The notes under the pieces are model-generated. The model worked only from the letters and a program-made list of their open reading frames with translations. It did not search any database and was not told where the DNA came from. A stretch of DNA of 64,000 bases, taken from positions 42,904,001 through 42,968,000 of the forward strand of contig OX597831.1 of the NCBI GenBank assembly GCA_951406725.2, in the 5' to 3' direction. Source of the DNA: Octopus vulgaris. Lineage: Eukaryota. Each line of letters starts with the position of its first letter. Position 1 is the first letter of the stretch. Shown piece by piece: positions 1 to 12,594 of this stretch. The position numbers and the translations under genes are program-made.

Positions 1-330
1 AAATCGTTTCATGGTGTACAGTGTCAAATGCTTTTCCTAGATACACGAACTCTTGGTAAGGGTTATGTTGTTCAACACACTTTTCTTGAATTTGTCTAGT
101 GAATATCATATCTATTGGACTTTCGTTTAGTCTGAAGCTACACTGAGATTCTGGTAAGGTCCTATGTGATGTGGGCATTTAGCCTTGTTGCTGCTGCCAA
201 TAGATCAATGTCACACTATTTTGACAGTTCTTATGCGATCCTTTACCTTTGTACAAAGGAATGATGATAATATCTTGCCAGTCTTTAGTGAGTATTGAGG
301 CCCACACCCAACTTCACTGTATACACTGGG
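1..330 (-). pseudogene. RTE-clade LINE reverse transcriptase remnant (runs off window start)
   Basis: Manual minus-strand translation across frameshifts gives DWQDIIIIPLYKGKG...LPESQCSFR...IDMIFT.RQIQEKCVEQ...FVYLGKAFDTV, the RTE/BovB-type RT N-terminal motifs. Confidence 0.8.
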
Positions 331-750
331 TTGATCATTTGCGCACCTCGACAGAGGATTTCCAGGCAAATGTATGGCAAACTGTCACAAAGCACTCAAC
401 TCAGAAAGTTATGAGGAAACAAAGATGAAGATAGGGGAATGCATACAATTTGTAGTTATGTTTTTTAAATAGAAAATCCATCAAACAATTTTTCCCAGTT
501 AAAAGCAAAAAATTTGGGGTGGATCAAAGCTAAATTTTTGAGAAAACGAAATTGTCTAGCAACTTGAATTTCATGCACCTGCAATTTTTATGTGACAGAT
601 TGCCTGCAGGTTGCAATGATGTGAAACTCAAGTCAGGAGACAATTCTTAGGTACAGTTTTAATTAACATGCACACACACACACACACACATGTATCGATG
701 CATGTAGATGTATGTGCGTTTGGATGTATACATATGTATAGTTGCATATA

Positions 751-2255
751 CACCCAGAACCTCGTTAATAGCTTCGGAGTGACATTTAGGATTTCTTAGT
801 TTTCTGTGAATTGATTTTGATAAAATTTTTCCCACCTGGTTTGCACACTAAGACAACACCATTGTTACGTTTTCATTATTCTGCGTGTTGTTCTTTCTTT
901 TTAATTTCAGATTCTTCAGTTTTTGGGTGAACCATGCTAATATCTTTTGAATGAAAATAGCCCATCTAGATATTTCTTTTTTTCAGAAAATGAAGGGTAA
1001 TGATACATATTAAGCATACATTGAGTAATATATTTAACAGAAAACCATAACAATAATATAACATTTATTGACATAATGAATTATTTAGCCACATGAATGC
1101 CATTTCAACAGATAACTTCAAAAACTATTAGTTATGGAATCTGTCAATTTCTTAATAGTAGCAGGTCGGGCTGCCTCTGTTACAGCTTTGATGGTTGCCC
1201 ATAAGTCATCTTTTAATATAAATTGACATCCATCAGCATAAACATCTTGTTTAATGATGGACCAAAGATTTTTGATAGGGTTGAGATTCAGAGATGCTGG
1301 CGGCCACACCATCATCCTTTCCCCTTGTATGCTGTAAGACCCTAGGAATGTTTGGGTGGTCCTGGCAAAGTGGGAGGAAGCACTGTCATTCATGAATATG
1401 AGATTCCTTAGAAGTGTCAGCAGTATGTCATCTAGCCAGGGATCCAAGACCTCATTCAGGAGATTGCAATCACTGTAACCTCTTCAGGCACCCTGACTGG
1501 GCCAACAAGTCTGTCCCCAATGATACCAGCCTACAACATGACACCTCCACCCTGTTGTTGATGTCGTAAACGTTGGTGGAGCTCATCTCCAAAACAGACC
1601 CAACCATTTACCCAGCTGTCAGGTTCATCAAGGGTTGTCCTGATTTCGTCAGTGAACAGAACACAACTCCTGTCGAACGTCATGTAATTTTGGGCCCATT
1701 GAAGCCTCAAACTCCAGTGAGGAGGCAGTTTCAGGGGTTCTCACACGGAAGCCATGATCCCAAGGATGCGATTTCTGGTGGTTTTTGGTACTTGAGGAAG
1801 TCCAGAGGTGGTGAAAATGGCTTTGCTTCTTTGTCCAAGTTTCCCACGTAACTTGCTGCCAATATTCCTTAAATCTCTATCTACCACAGTCTTGGAGGTC
1901 CCACAATTGTATCATTTCTTCCTTGACACTCAAATAGCTAAATATTCATTATGTCAATAAATGTTATAATATTATAGTTTTCTTTTAAATATATACTCAA
2001 TATATCGTTACTTTTCATTTTCTGAAAAAAAAAGAAATGCCTAGATGGGCTATTTTCATTCAAAAGTTTTTAGCATGGTTCACCCCAAAAACAAGAATCT
2101 GAAATAAAAAAAAGAAATAATGGAATAATGAAAACGTAACAATAGTGTTGCCATAGTGTGAAAACTAGTTAGGAAAAGTTTTAGCAAAATCAATTCACAG
2201 AAAACCTGAGAAATCCTAAATTTCACTCCTAATCTATTAGCGTAGTTCTGGATGT
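751..2255 (-). mobile_element. Tc1-like DNA transposon, degenerate, with ~340-bp terminal inverted repeats
   Basis: 751-1090 is the diverged reverse complement of ~1935-2255. Internal ORF 1118-1447 has FMNDSASSH and WPPASLNLNPIKNLWSIIK (Tc1 DD34E region, consensus WPxxSPDLNPIENLW). Confidence 0.9.
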
Positions 2256-2289
2256 GCGTGTGTGTATGTATATATATATATATATATAT

Positions 2290-2673
2290 CTGAGAGTATT
2301 GTAGTTCACTTGAAGCACTGTGTATTGTTTGTAAAGAATAAAATGTTTCGAATAGTAAAACAATGCACTATAATACAAACAATGGCTATATACCTGTTGT
2401 AATTTAACCATCCATAGTCTAATAATATTTCAGACTAAATTCCTTCCTCAGATATCCCTAGGAATCGATGGAGTCAAGGCTATAATCAGTTTTCTAAGAA
2501 AAGTCATTAGAAAATCGATTATAGCAGCGACTCCATCAATTCCTAGGGATATCTGAGGAAGGAATTTTATTCTGAAATATTATTAGACTATGGATGGTTA
2601 AATTACAACAGGTATATAGCCATTGTTTGTATTATAGTGCATTGTTGTACCATTTGAAACATTTTATTCTTTA
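2290..2673. mobile_element. Fold-back (palindromic) insert between (TA)n tracts with hammerhead-like motif; putative Penelope-like terminus
   Basis: Arms 2332-~2497 and ~2507-2673 are reverse complements; CTGAGGA(2553)-A-GGAAT..ATTCT-GAAA(2574)-TATT. Confidence 0.65.
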
Positions 2674-3235
2674 TATATATATTTGCCAAACCACTAAGTT
2701 ACAGGGACATAAACAAATCAAAACAAAAACACACACATAGGTATATATATGATGGGATTCTTTCAGTTTCTGTCTACCAAATCTGCTCACAAAACTTTGA
2801 TCAGCCTGGGAGTACAGTAGTAGACACATACCCTAGGTCCCATGTTGTTGGACTGGACCTGGAACCATGCAGCCGTACCTGTGTGTATGTATATGTATGT
2901 ATATATATATATATATGTATGTATGTGTATATATATATGTATGTATGTGCATATATATGTATGTATATATATATATATGTATGTATGTGTATATATATGT
3001 ATGTATGTGTATATATATGTATGTATGTATATATATATGTATATATATATATAGATGATGATGATGATGTATGTGTATATATGTGTGTGTGTGTGTGTTG
3101 AATAAGCCTGTTTTCATGTTAAATATAATTGAATTTATGACCTTGACTAACAGGTACACAGGTGTTATGTTTAAAAAAAATATTGCAAAATATTAATTAT
3201 GTCAATGTAATCAACCTGTCACCACATGTAAACAA

Positions 3236-3277
<42 letters not shown>

Positions 3278-3652
3278 GTTAAGTATTGGTTGGTCACTCA
3301 CTTCCACTCTTGCCTTCCATTTCATACCCCTATATACATCATTATCATCATTTTAACACCTACTTTTCCATGCTCGCATGAGTCGTACAGAGAGTATTGA
3401 GACAGATTTTCTATGGCTAGATGTCCTTCTCCTTGTCAGCTCTCACCTGTTCTCAAGCAAACAAAGTCATATTTCCCCATGTCTTTGTAGAATATTGGAA
3501 ATGAATGACAACACTTGTATGAGAGTGACCCTCATACACAACTATCAAGCAATGTTAAGAGAAGGAAATACAAAGGGACACTCAAATCATAAATACATTA
3601 AGATAGGTATGGCAACAGTGAGTCAGCTTATATATATATGTATATATATATA

Positions 3653-3904
3653 TATTTGGTTGGTGCATAATTATTGTGGCTTTTTTTCAAAAAATTTTAT
3701 TCAACAAAAAAAAAATAACAATATTTAAGAAAAGCATTTTTAAATGATGGTCTGACTGTCTGCCAAGCAAATGGGAAGCAGTAATTGAAGTAGATGGTGA
3801 ATATGCTCTGGAATAATCATTTAAAGATGTTTTTGTTACATACTGTTATTGGTTTTGTTGAATAAAATTTGTTGAAAAGAAAGCCACGATAATTATGCAC
3901 CAAC

Positions 3905-3910
<6 letters not shown>
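3653..3910. mobile_element. Mariner-derived MITE
   Basis: TIRs tattTggttggtgcataattatTgtggcttt / aaagccacgataattatgcaccaacccaata (Hsmar1/Made1-like), TA ends, no ORF. Confidence 0.85.
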
Positions 3911-3952
<42 letters not shown>

Positions 3953-3953
<1 letters not shown>

Positions 3954-4215
3954 TTAATAAGGTTCAGCAAAGATTTGCTTTACCCAAATACTTCAAGTAT
4001 TTGGGTTTCTCTAGGAGTCCCTTTTTAAAGTAGAAGAAATAGCTAAGATTTTTTGGCTGCTATTTCTAAACTTCGGTATGTGGTAAAGCAAATCTTTGCT
4101 GAACCTTTATTAATAAGTATTACTTAAGTTTACCGTGAAACGGTCCTTTTTTCATACCGAATTCTACTTGGTGAAATTATTGGTTACTTCTTAATTAACT
4201 AATTTTACCCTTTGT

Positions 4216-4220
<5 letters not shown>
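3953..4220. repeat. Fold-back insert between (TA)n tracts
   Basis: aataaggttcagcaaagatttgctttacc (3956-3984) is inverted at ~4082-4111; a one-sided extension runs to 4220. Confidence 0.55.
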
Positions 4221-4254
<34 letters not shown>

Positions 4255-4544
4255 TAGATAGATAATAAGGGTTTAGAAAATTTTTCTAGCGTATATGCAG
4301 AGAAATAGATGCTAAATTGTCTTACCACTCAAACATTTCCTTTAGCTTGTTGTATCGCATTCAACACATGTGTTTGTGACTTCTATGAGTGGTAAGATGA
4401 TTTAACATCTGTTTCTCAGCATATAGACTTGAAAATTATAGACTTGAAAATTATACATAATTTTCATCTTAATTAGTTTCGTTTTATATGCTGGCCACTG
4501 ATGAAATTCCTTTCAAAAAAAGTTTTATCCTCTATTATTGTATC

Positions 4545-4727
4545 AGGGGAGGGAATAAGCTGATTAAATTGACCCCAGTGCTTGGCTGGTACTTATTTTA
4601 TCGACCCCATATGGATGAAAAGCAAACTTAGCCTCAGTGGAATTTGAACTCAGAGTGTAAAGTTGTATGAAATATCACTAAGCATTTTGCCCAGCATGCT
4701 AATGATTCTGCCAGCTGACTGCCTTCT

Positions 4728-4791
<64 letters not shown>

Positions 4792-4996
4792 TTTGCTACA
4801 AGGACAGCAATTTTGGTGGAGGGGATGAGTCGATTACATCAATGCCAGTGTTCAACTGGTACTTACTTTATTAACCCTGAAAGGATGAAAGGCAAAGTCA
4901 ACCTTGGTGGAATTTGAACTGAGAATTTAAAGACGGACGAAATACCACTAAGAATTTCACTTGGCATGCTAACAATTCTGCCAGCTCACTGCCTTA
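4545..4996 (-). mobile_element. Two tRNA-derived SINEs, family A (central domain resembling the MetaSINE domain), separated by (AAT)n
   Basis: Head ggcagtgagctggcagaattgttagc, B-box gagttcaaattcc, core gactttgcctttcatcctttc.gggtcgataaaataagtaccag. Many further copies in the window (about 24630, 29320, 33895, 42570, 44390, 45030, 45640, 46450, 50345, 56650, 59115-59730). Confidence 0.85.
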
Positions 4997-5439
4997 AATA
5001 ATAATAATAATATATATGTATGTGTGTGGCAGGCTTCTTTCAGTTTCCATCTACCAAATCGACTCTCATAGCTGTGGTCAGGCTGGCACTGTAATAGAAG
5101 ACACTTGCTGAAGGTGCCTAAAAGAGTGGCATTGAACCTGAAATCGTTTGGTTGTAAGTAAACTACTTCTTAACTGTATATCCATGTTTGCAGTTTCAAT
5201 CATACTATGTGTATATATGTCCCTATGAGATGAGAAAGCATGCACTCAGTTTTCCATAGTCTTCTGGTTATCATCTGTCATGAATGAGCATATTGAATGC
5301 TTAATCATATTGAATGATTAATGAATATCCTTTACAAACACCACTGTAACTAGCTCGTCCCTTCTTTTTTGAGACAGAAAATCATGTCTAAATAGGTAGC
5401 ACTGATAGAGCCAATTAATGATGAAATTCTTCTGTAGAA

Positions 5440-5765
5440 GGCGTATGGCTTTATGTTTAGAGTATTTGACTCATGATTGTAAGGTCGTTAGTTTGAGTCC
5501 TAGTGGCACATTGTGTCTTTGAGTAAGACACTGTATTTCATGTTGCTCCAGTCCACTCAGCCGACAAAAATGAGTTTGTACTGGCATTTCAAAGGGCCAG
5601 ACTTGTCATATTTTGTGTGTTGCACTAAATCTCCGGGAGAAAGAAACTATGTTAAGGGTATACATGTCTGTAGAGTGCTCAGTTACTTGCACGTTAATTT
5701 CACGAGCAGCCCGTTCCGTTGATTGGATCAACTAAACCCTATGTTGTCATAACCGACATAGTGTC
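5440..5765 (+). mobile_element. tRNA-derived SINE, family C
   Basis: Head ggcgtatggctttatgtttagag...tttgagtcc followed by gtgtctttgagtaagacact..ttcatgttgctccagtccactcagc; a homologous copy starts at ~47250. Confidence 0.75.
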
Positions 5766-5844
5766 AGTTACATATATATAATCAGAAAATTATTGCTAAA
5801 TTATTGAAGTAGATTTGACGATAATTTACTCCCTTACAAAAGAA

Positions 5845-6228
5845 ATGGCTGTGTGGTAAGTAGCTTGCTTACCAACCACATGCTTCCGGGTTCAATCCCA
5901 CTGTGTGGCACCCAGGCAAGTGCCTTCTACTATAGCCTTGGGCTGACCAAAGCCTTGTGAGTGGATTTGGTAGACAGAAACAGAAAGAAACCCGTCGTAT
6001 GTGTATATATATGTATGTATATGTTTGTGTCTGTGTTTGTCCTCCCACTCTCCATCACTTGACAACTGATGTTGGTATGTTTGCGTACCCGTAACTTAGC
6101 AGTTCAGCAAAAGAAACCAATAAAATAAATACTAAGCTTACAAAGAATAAGTCCTGAAGTTGATTTGTTTGACTAAAGGCGGTGCTCCAGCATAGCCACA
6201 GTCAAATGACTGAAACAGGTAAAAGAGT
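5845..6228 (+). mobile_element. tRNA-derived SINE, family B (CORE-like central segment, internal microsatellite)
   Basis: tggctgtgtggtaag (A-box), ggttcaatccc (B-box), ggcaagtgccttctactatagcc, tail gcatagccacagtcaaatgactgaaacaggtaaaaga. Other copies at about 8480, 19677, 28130, 29525, 31455, 37700, 40597, 41022 and 43889. Confidence 0.85.
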
Positions 6229-8909
6229 TGATCAATCACAGAAATCCGTGTAAAGTGTCCCCCACCCCACTCTCTTTCCTGACCCTCTTATTCTGTTCTC
6301 TCACACTCATTACTCTATCTTTTATTCATCCTCTTTTTGTTGTGTTGCTTGAACAAAACAAGCAATGTGGAGTAGGGAGAACACTCTAATATTGCAGAGC
6401 CTGTAAACTGCACCCCATAAAATATTTAAACTGGCGAGCATTAGTAAAAGCATTCAAGCATTGAAGAAACCATGTTGAAAAGATGTGGTCCCCAACCTGC
6501 TTGAAAGGGAAGTAACTCCACATAGGAACTGACTTGGACTATTTGTTGTGATTGCATGTACACATACAGAATCAGTGTTCATTTCTAATCTTTTGTGAAA
6601 ACATGTCCAGTTGTGGAGAATATTACGTTGCCTGGCATCATGCTATAGGAAATATATACCACAGCAAATTCCATCTGACTCATAACAATGATGACAATGC
6701 ACACAAAGCTGAATGTTTAGTCAATATTTTCTTAAACATAAGTGTTTTTCTAAACACTTCCTAAAAAAAATTTTGCCCTGACCCAAGTGCAGCATGGAAA
6801 AGTAGATGCCATAATGATGACGATGATATATGTATCAAACACTCAGAAAAAAACAACATTATATCCATGTGTGTATATAAAAGATTATGCGAATTCATAA
6901 AAACGTTTTTAAAAATAAGCAATACAAAAAGCCAGTTTGTACCATACTGGCAATGAGTCAAAATTCTCTCTCTCTCACTCACACACACGTATACAAAGGT
7001 TATATAATTTATATAGGAACAACATTGTCACTAGAAATGAAAAATGAGATCTCCCAAAATTGGTCTGGTTACCAACCAACTGGTTTTTTGGATTTGTTGC
7101 AGTTCTGGTTCTCCGTCTTAAGATTTATTTATTATCATCATCATCATCATCATCATAAACTTCATGACCTGACCAGAATATGTAAATACGACTAACATTT
7201 ACACTATGGAAATAAATAAACGGATATAGGTTATATCAATGCGTCATAAGATAGACCGAGTTACATATTAAGTCAGTTTAAACAAACAAATAGGTAAATA
7301 AACTAATGGAACCTACTAAATTATTTTGTTTTTGTCCTTGAATAAACAACAGTGGCTTTGGTTTTGTTTTGTTGTTGTATTATTGCATTCTTGTTTGTTA
7401 ACTGGTTGGATGGATTTACTGAAGAGTAAATGTTTGTGACTGAAGACATTCCAGATCTCTTAACCCATCTAAAGACCTTCTCAATTAAGTTGTTTTTGGT
7501 TTTTAATTTTATACAAGTCAGAGAAGGAAGGGTAGCAGTACCCATGAGTTTAGTTGGTTTCTGCCTTGAATAACAAGATTGATCTGACTGATGCCCACCA
7601 AAGTAGATTTAAAGGTAAGAACAATTAAGAGCAAAACCTACAGGTAAAATAAGGAATATCAAAATTTGTAGGCAAAACAAGGAAAACCAAATTTTCTTGG
7701 AACAACAAGGAAGATCAAACTGTCAGCACAACAAGGTGGGTCCCACTGTGGATAAATCAAGAAGCTCAAACTCTGCAGGCTGAATATGATCCAAGGTTCA
7801 GATGCTTCCTCATAAGGGCTATTGACGTCTTCCATTTGCAAGATTTGGGGCTAACATTCAGTAAAATGCCACTCTGTAGTAAATGCAACCTGTTTTTAGT
7901 TGAGTGAACTGGAGCAACATGAAATGAAGTGCTTTGCCTAAAGACATACCTGTGGTGCCAGGTCCAGAAATTAAACCCACAACTTTGCAATTGTGAGTCC
8001 AACAGCCAAACCACTAGGCCAAGCCCCTTCACATCCAAATGGATGTAATAGGGTAAACTTGGCTACAGGCATTGCAGAACTGGGGCAACACAGTAAACCT
8101 ATCACCCAAATTCTGAAACAGCCAGAGTTTTCCATTGAAGTCGGAGTAACATCTAATCTGCCGTTTCCTCCATTCTGCTAAGGTGTGAGTAAATGGCAAC
8201 GAGTGTCTACTGCTGGAAACAACAGTAAAAAAACCCCCTAAAAACTTAAGTAATACAAATAAAAGTATTATTTTAAGAATATATATGAGTTTTGGATCTC
8301 AAGGTTATTTCATGACATTTAATTTATAAAAATTACTTTTTGAGTACTCCTTAATGAAGTTGGCAACAAAGACAGTCAGAGAAAAGATGCGATGTGACCA
8401 GTTGAAGTGAACTTGGGTGATGAAGAACCACATAACAGTATTGTTTTAAGAAGAAAAAAAACTCCTAATCAAGATACAAGAATGGCTGTGAGACTACCAT
8501 GTGGTTTTGGATTCAATCCCATTGTATAGCACATTGGATAAGTGTTTTCTACTATTGCCCCAGGCTGACCAAAGCCTTGTGAGTGAATGTGTAAAATGGA
8601 AATTGAAAGAAGCCTGTCATGTGTGTAAGTGAAGATATGCATTATCTCCTTGATTTGATAGAGTGTGATAATTGTAAATGATCACCTTTAAGAGGTGTTG
8701 TTTGTTTCTAACCATCTGTTAAAACATATCTGGCTGCTGAGAGACATCATGTTACTCAGAAGCAAGTAAGATTTTGGTAATAGGAAGAGCATCCAGTAGA
8801 AGGTATTTCGCCTCAATGAATTTTGTTTGATTCTTGCAAGCATGGAAAAAAGAACATTAAAACAATGATGATGATTGAATGATATAATCCAAAATACATT
8901 GTCTCCACC

Positions 8910-9295
8910 ACAAGGTCCAGCCTTTGTAGCAGTGTTGTCACTTGTGCGCCTCAATGACCCTAAGATCTATGCAAGCAGAGTGCAAGCTCCTGGTAGAGCC
9001 TCCCATACTGGGCAGGTCAAAAGACAGAAGCCAGATTTAATATGGACCACCATTTCCTTGAGGTGAAAATGGGTTTGTGTTGGGCCAACAGCCCTACCTA
9101 GTAAAAACAAAGTTACATAAGCATTGACAAGTGTTCAAAATGAACAAAATATGGCCTTCCCTTAGAGGAGAATATGATGTGGCAGAGCTGAAAAAGCAGG
9201 GATACAAATAGAGAGAAGTAGAAAAGACAGCTCAGAGTTGATAATAGTGGAGAAAGGTCATTGATGGCCATGCTCTATAGGGAGCAAAATGGTTG
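8910..9295 (+). mobile_element. Non-autonomous RTE-derived repeat (5' UTR-like part joined to 3' tail)
   Basis: Homologous to 62250-62630. caatgaccct..ga.ctatg...cctggta..gcctcc.cata.tg.gcaggtc resembles RTE 5' UTRs; tggagaaaggtcattgatggccatgctc resembles RTE 3' ends. Confidence 0.55.
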
Positions 9296-9553
9296 TGCAA
9301 CAAAGACACACTGAAAAAAATAGTGTTACGAAGGAGAAATATTCTGATAAATAAAATTTTAAATTCTGTGCCGTGGGACTGAACTGAATACCAAAGGGTT
9401 AGGAAGCAAGCTTCTTACCACACAGACATACCTGCACCTCCATGCATATACATAAACACACATACACATACATACATTGTTTTCTAAGAATCCATATGTC
9501 AGAAAAATGCAGCACTCATATATTTATCAATAGAGTGATATATATATATATAA

Positions 9554-9637
9554 GTCAACGTTTGCAGTATTATAGATCCATTACAGCCAATCTTATCAGC
9601 TTCATACCACCTATCTGATAACATGCTCTTCAGAGAC
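9554..9637 (-). ncRNA. Degenerate type I hammerhead ribozyme-like motif with long stem II
   Basis: Minus strand: gtct-CTGAAGA-gca-tgttatcag...ctgataag...tgc-AAA-CGTT-gac, between (TA)n tracts; the G of GAAA is missing. Confidence 0.45.
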
Positions 9638-9716
9638 AACAGATTGGTAAGAGGAGCTGCAATAGATATATAACTCTGTATACTTTGCTATAACTATCTA
9701 TCTATCTATCTATCTA

Positions 9717-9754
<38 letters not shown>

Positions 9755-9755
9755 T

Positions 9756-11807
9756 TAGGGCTGCGGAATTTAAAGATTAATTAATTGTCGATTTATGTTA
9801 ACGATTAAATTTTTCTTAATCGGCTTCAAATTTAATTTCTACCCATCATTAATAAATGTACCGGAAGTCAGGAAGCAATAGTAATGATAGTAAAATGGCA
9901 GCAAGACGAATCAAGTTATGAAATATAAACCTTTATCAGGTCGATTGCATGAACATTTTGGATTTAAATTGTTTACTGACGATAGTATCAAAATTCCTGA
10001 TAACATTTATTGCATCCATTGCGACAAATCGTAGTCAGTCTACAGCGGCAGTGTCATCTACTTCCAAGCAGACTACTTTGAATCAGTTTTATCATTGGTC
10101 TGATCATCCAGTGAGTGTTATTGTACAACGTGATGTTAAAATCACTTGCAAACTGGATAGCTAATAATGGTAGACCAATATCGATAGTAGAAGATGGTCT
10201 TTAACAAGTATTGCATACAGCATTTCAAAATACCGAATATAAACTACCTTGCCGGCGCACTATTGATAAAATGTTGGCTGATAATTATAACAGCAAAAGA
10301 GAAAGTGTTTTAGAAGCAGTGAAAAATTCAAAGGCAATTGCGCTAACATCTGATTTTTGTACATCCTTAGGTAATGAAAGTTATTGCGGAATCACCGGCC
10401 ATTGGTTTGCTGATGACTGGAATTTAATAAGTGTTATTCTTGAATGTGTGCATGTTGTTGAATGTGACTATTCTAACAATAATGTTGAGTTATATAAACA
10501 ATTTGTAAAAGACTGGGATATAACAAAGAAGATTCAGGTTCTAGTAACAGACAATGCACGAAATTTAGTTCCAGCTGTTAATCAAACTGGTTTTGCTCAT
10601 ATTCCGTGTAAGGCTCACAGCCTGCATCTGAGCATATTGCATAGATTTAAAGCCGCAGATACAGAAACATTGTTTGTTAAATGTCGCAAAATCATAGGAC
10701 ATTTTAAACATAGCCCTATCCACACAACTGAATTGCAGAACTGTAGTAATCCAACATTGTGTAAGCTACAGTAAGATGTTCCAACAAGATGAAACAGTAC
10801 ATTTCTAATGCTGCAGAGTCTATTACAGGCCAGAGAAGCAATAACCATCTACATGTCAGACAAAGAGAAGCAATATAAAGGTCTAAAACTGTTCGATTCT
10901 GATTGGGAGAAGATTTCAAAATGCATCATTGTTTTAGACTTATTCTGTCAGGCTACGGTCCTGCTTGGCGGTGAAAAATATACGTTGTGTAGCTGTGTAT
11001 TGACACTGTTATTGTCTTTGACAAAGCACATGACTGTAAATGATGATGATCCAGATTATATAGCCAGATTCAAGGCAGCATCTATTAATGGTTTCAGCAA
11101 ACGTGAAGCTGACATGAACAGTATTGAAATATTACAGATTGCAACAGCACTTAATTCACGATACAAAAACTTGAAGTGTTTATCAAAAGAACAAACTTGG
11201 TTACTTATTGGACAACAAATAGCAATTGATGTTAATGATGATCAGTTGAAGACTAAGGCACAAGATGATACTGACAATATTCCAAAAAACTATATACAAA
11301 CCTAATGAAAGGGGCATTAAGCTAATGAAGTCTGACTCAGACTTGGAAAAGGATGTCGACAAATGCTTCTGATGAAGTAGAGCAATATAAAATGGAGAAA
11401 ACAGTTGCTGAATCAGTTGATCCACTACAATGGTGGAAACTTAATGAACATCAATATATGAAATTGGCATTTTTTGCCAAGACTGTTCTATGCATACTAG
11501 CTACCTCAATTCTGTGTGAATGATTATTTAGCTTAGCTGGTTACAGTGTTAACAAGACACACTCATTAGTTGAACCAAATACTGTTAACATGCTTGTGTG
11601 TTTGAGTAACTGGTTATGCAACAACATTTGAGTGATAAAACGCCTATGCTATCTCTTCTTTTTAACTAAATTTCAATTGAAATATCATAAACTTGTCAAG
11701 AAAAGTAACTGCAGACATTTTCATGTTTTAATCGAAATTAACTATTAATTAATCATTAATTTCTCAAAAGTTAATTATTAAAATTAAATTAATCATTACC
11801 AGCCCTT
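9756..11807 (+). mobile_element. hAT (Ac/ZBED1-like) DNA transposon with pseudogenised transposase
   Basis: TIR TAGGGCTG/CAGCCCT. BED-finger remnant (NIYCIHCDK), ALTSDFCTS, VTDNARN, CKAHSLHL, DVPTR*NST and hATC dimerisation remnant DPLQWWKLN..CE*LFSLAG; multiple stops and frameshifts. Confidence 0.92.
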
Positions 11808-11860
11808 ATATATATATTTATATATATATATACACACACACACATATATATATATATATA

Positions 11861-12497
11861 CATATATGGGTACAGGCAAACGAGAGACAGAAGATGGAAG
11901 ATACGAGAATTTTCATTAATCACTACAATTGTTTCAAATTACTACACAACATGCACACAAACAACTTATATCTGCATAAACACATACAGGCACACAAAGC
12001 TGAACGACATGCAGACCGGATACACTGGCTTGGGAAGAATTGCAATTCCTGAGTCACAGGTGTAGTACAATAGACTTGCATCAGCCAGAAGGCTTGTGAG
12101 TTAGCCATGCGGAAAAGTAGTTAATAATTGGATGCAATCTGAAAAAGGGATTGACATAATGTCGCCATAACTTATAAATATAATGAAAAAAATATACTCT
12201 ACATGGTAATAGCATTTGCAATCGTATCCTTTATCTTCCTTCTTTCAAATATTACGTATTGTATAACACCAATACTATGACATACATACAGAGTATAATT
12301 GAAGAATAACGAGTTCTCCGCATTATATATACTCAAACACATACAAATGTCTATGTTTTAGTGAATGTATTTATGCATTTCTACAGATATAAGTTGCTTG
12401 TGTGCATGTTGTGTAGTAATTTGAAACAATTGTAGTGATTAATGAAAATTCTCCTATCTTCCATCTTCTGTCTCTCATTTGCCTGTACCCATATATG
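11861..12497. mobile_element. Element with ~113-bp inverted arms inserted in (TA)n; putative Penelope-like inverted termini
   Basis: 11861-11974 is the reverse complement of 12383-12497; both arms carry GAAACAATTGTA; ~410-bp non-coding spacer. Confidence 0.6.
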
Positions 12498-12561
12498 TAC
12501 GTATATATACATATATATGTTAGTATGTACATATATGTATGTATATATGCATATATTTTTA

Positions 12562-12593
<32 letters not shown>

Positions 12594-12594
<1 letters not shown>

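Noticed and set aside
548-647. Imperfect hairpin (aattgtct..acttgaatttca / tgaaactcaagt..agacaatt)
   Set aside because: Short and degenerate; probably an old MITE remnant that cannot be assigned.
4470-4520. CTGATGA at ~4498 as a hammerhead core
   Set aside because: No downstream stem II and GAAA on the same strand; the nearby CGAAAC is on the opposite strand.
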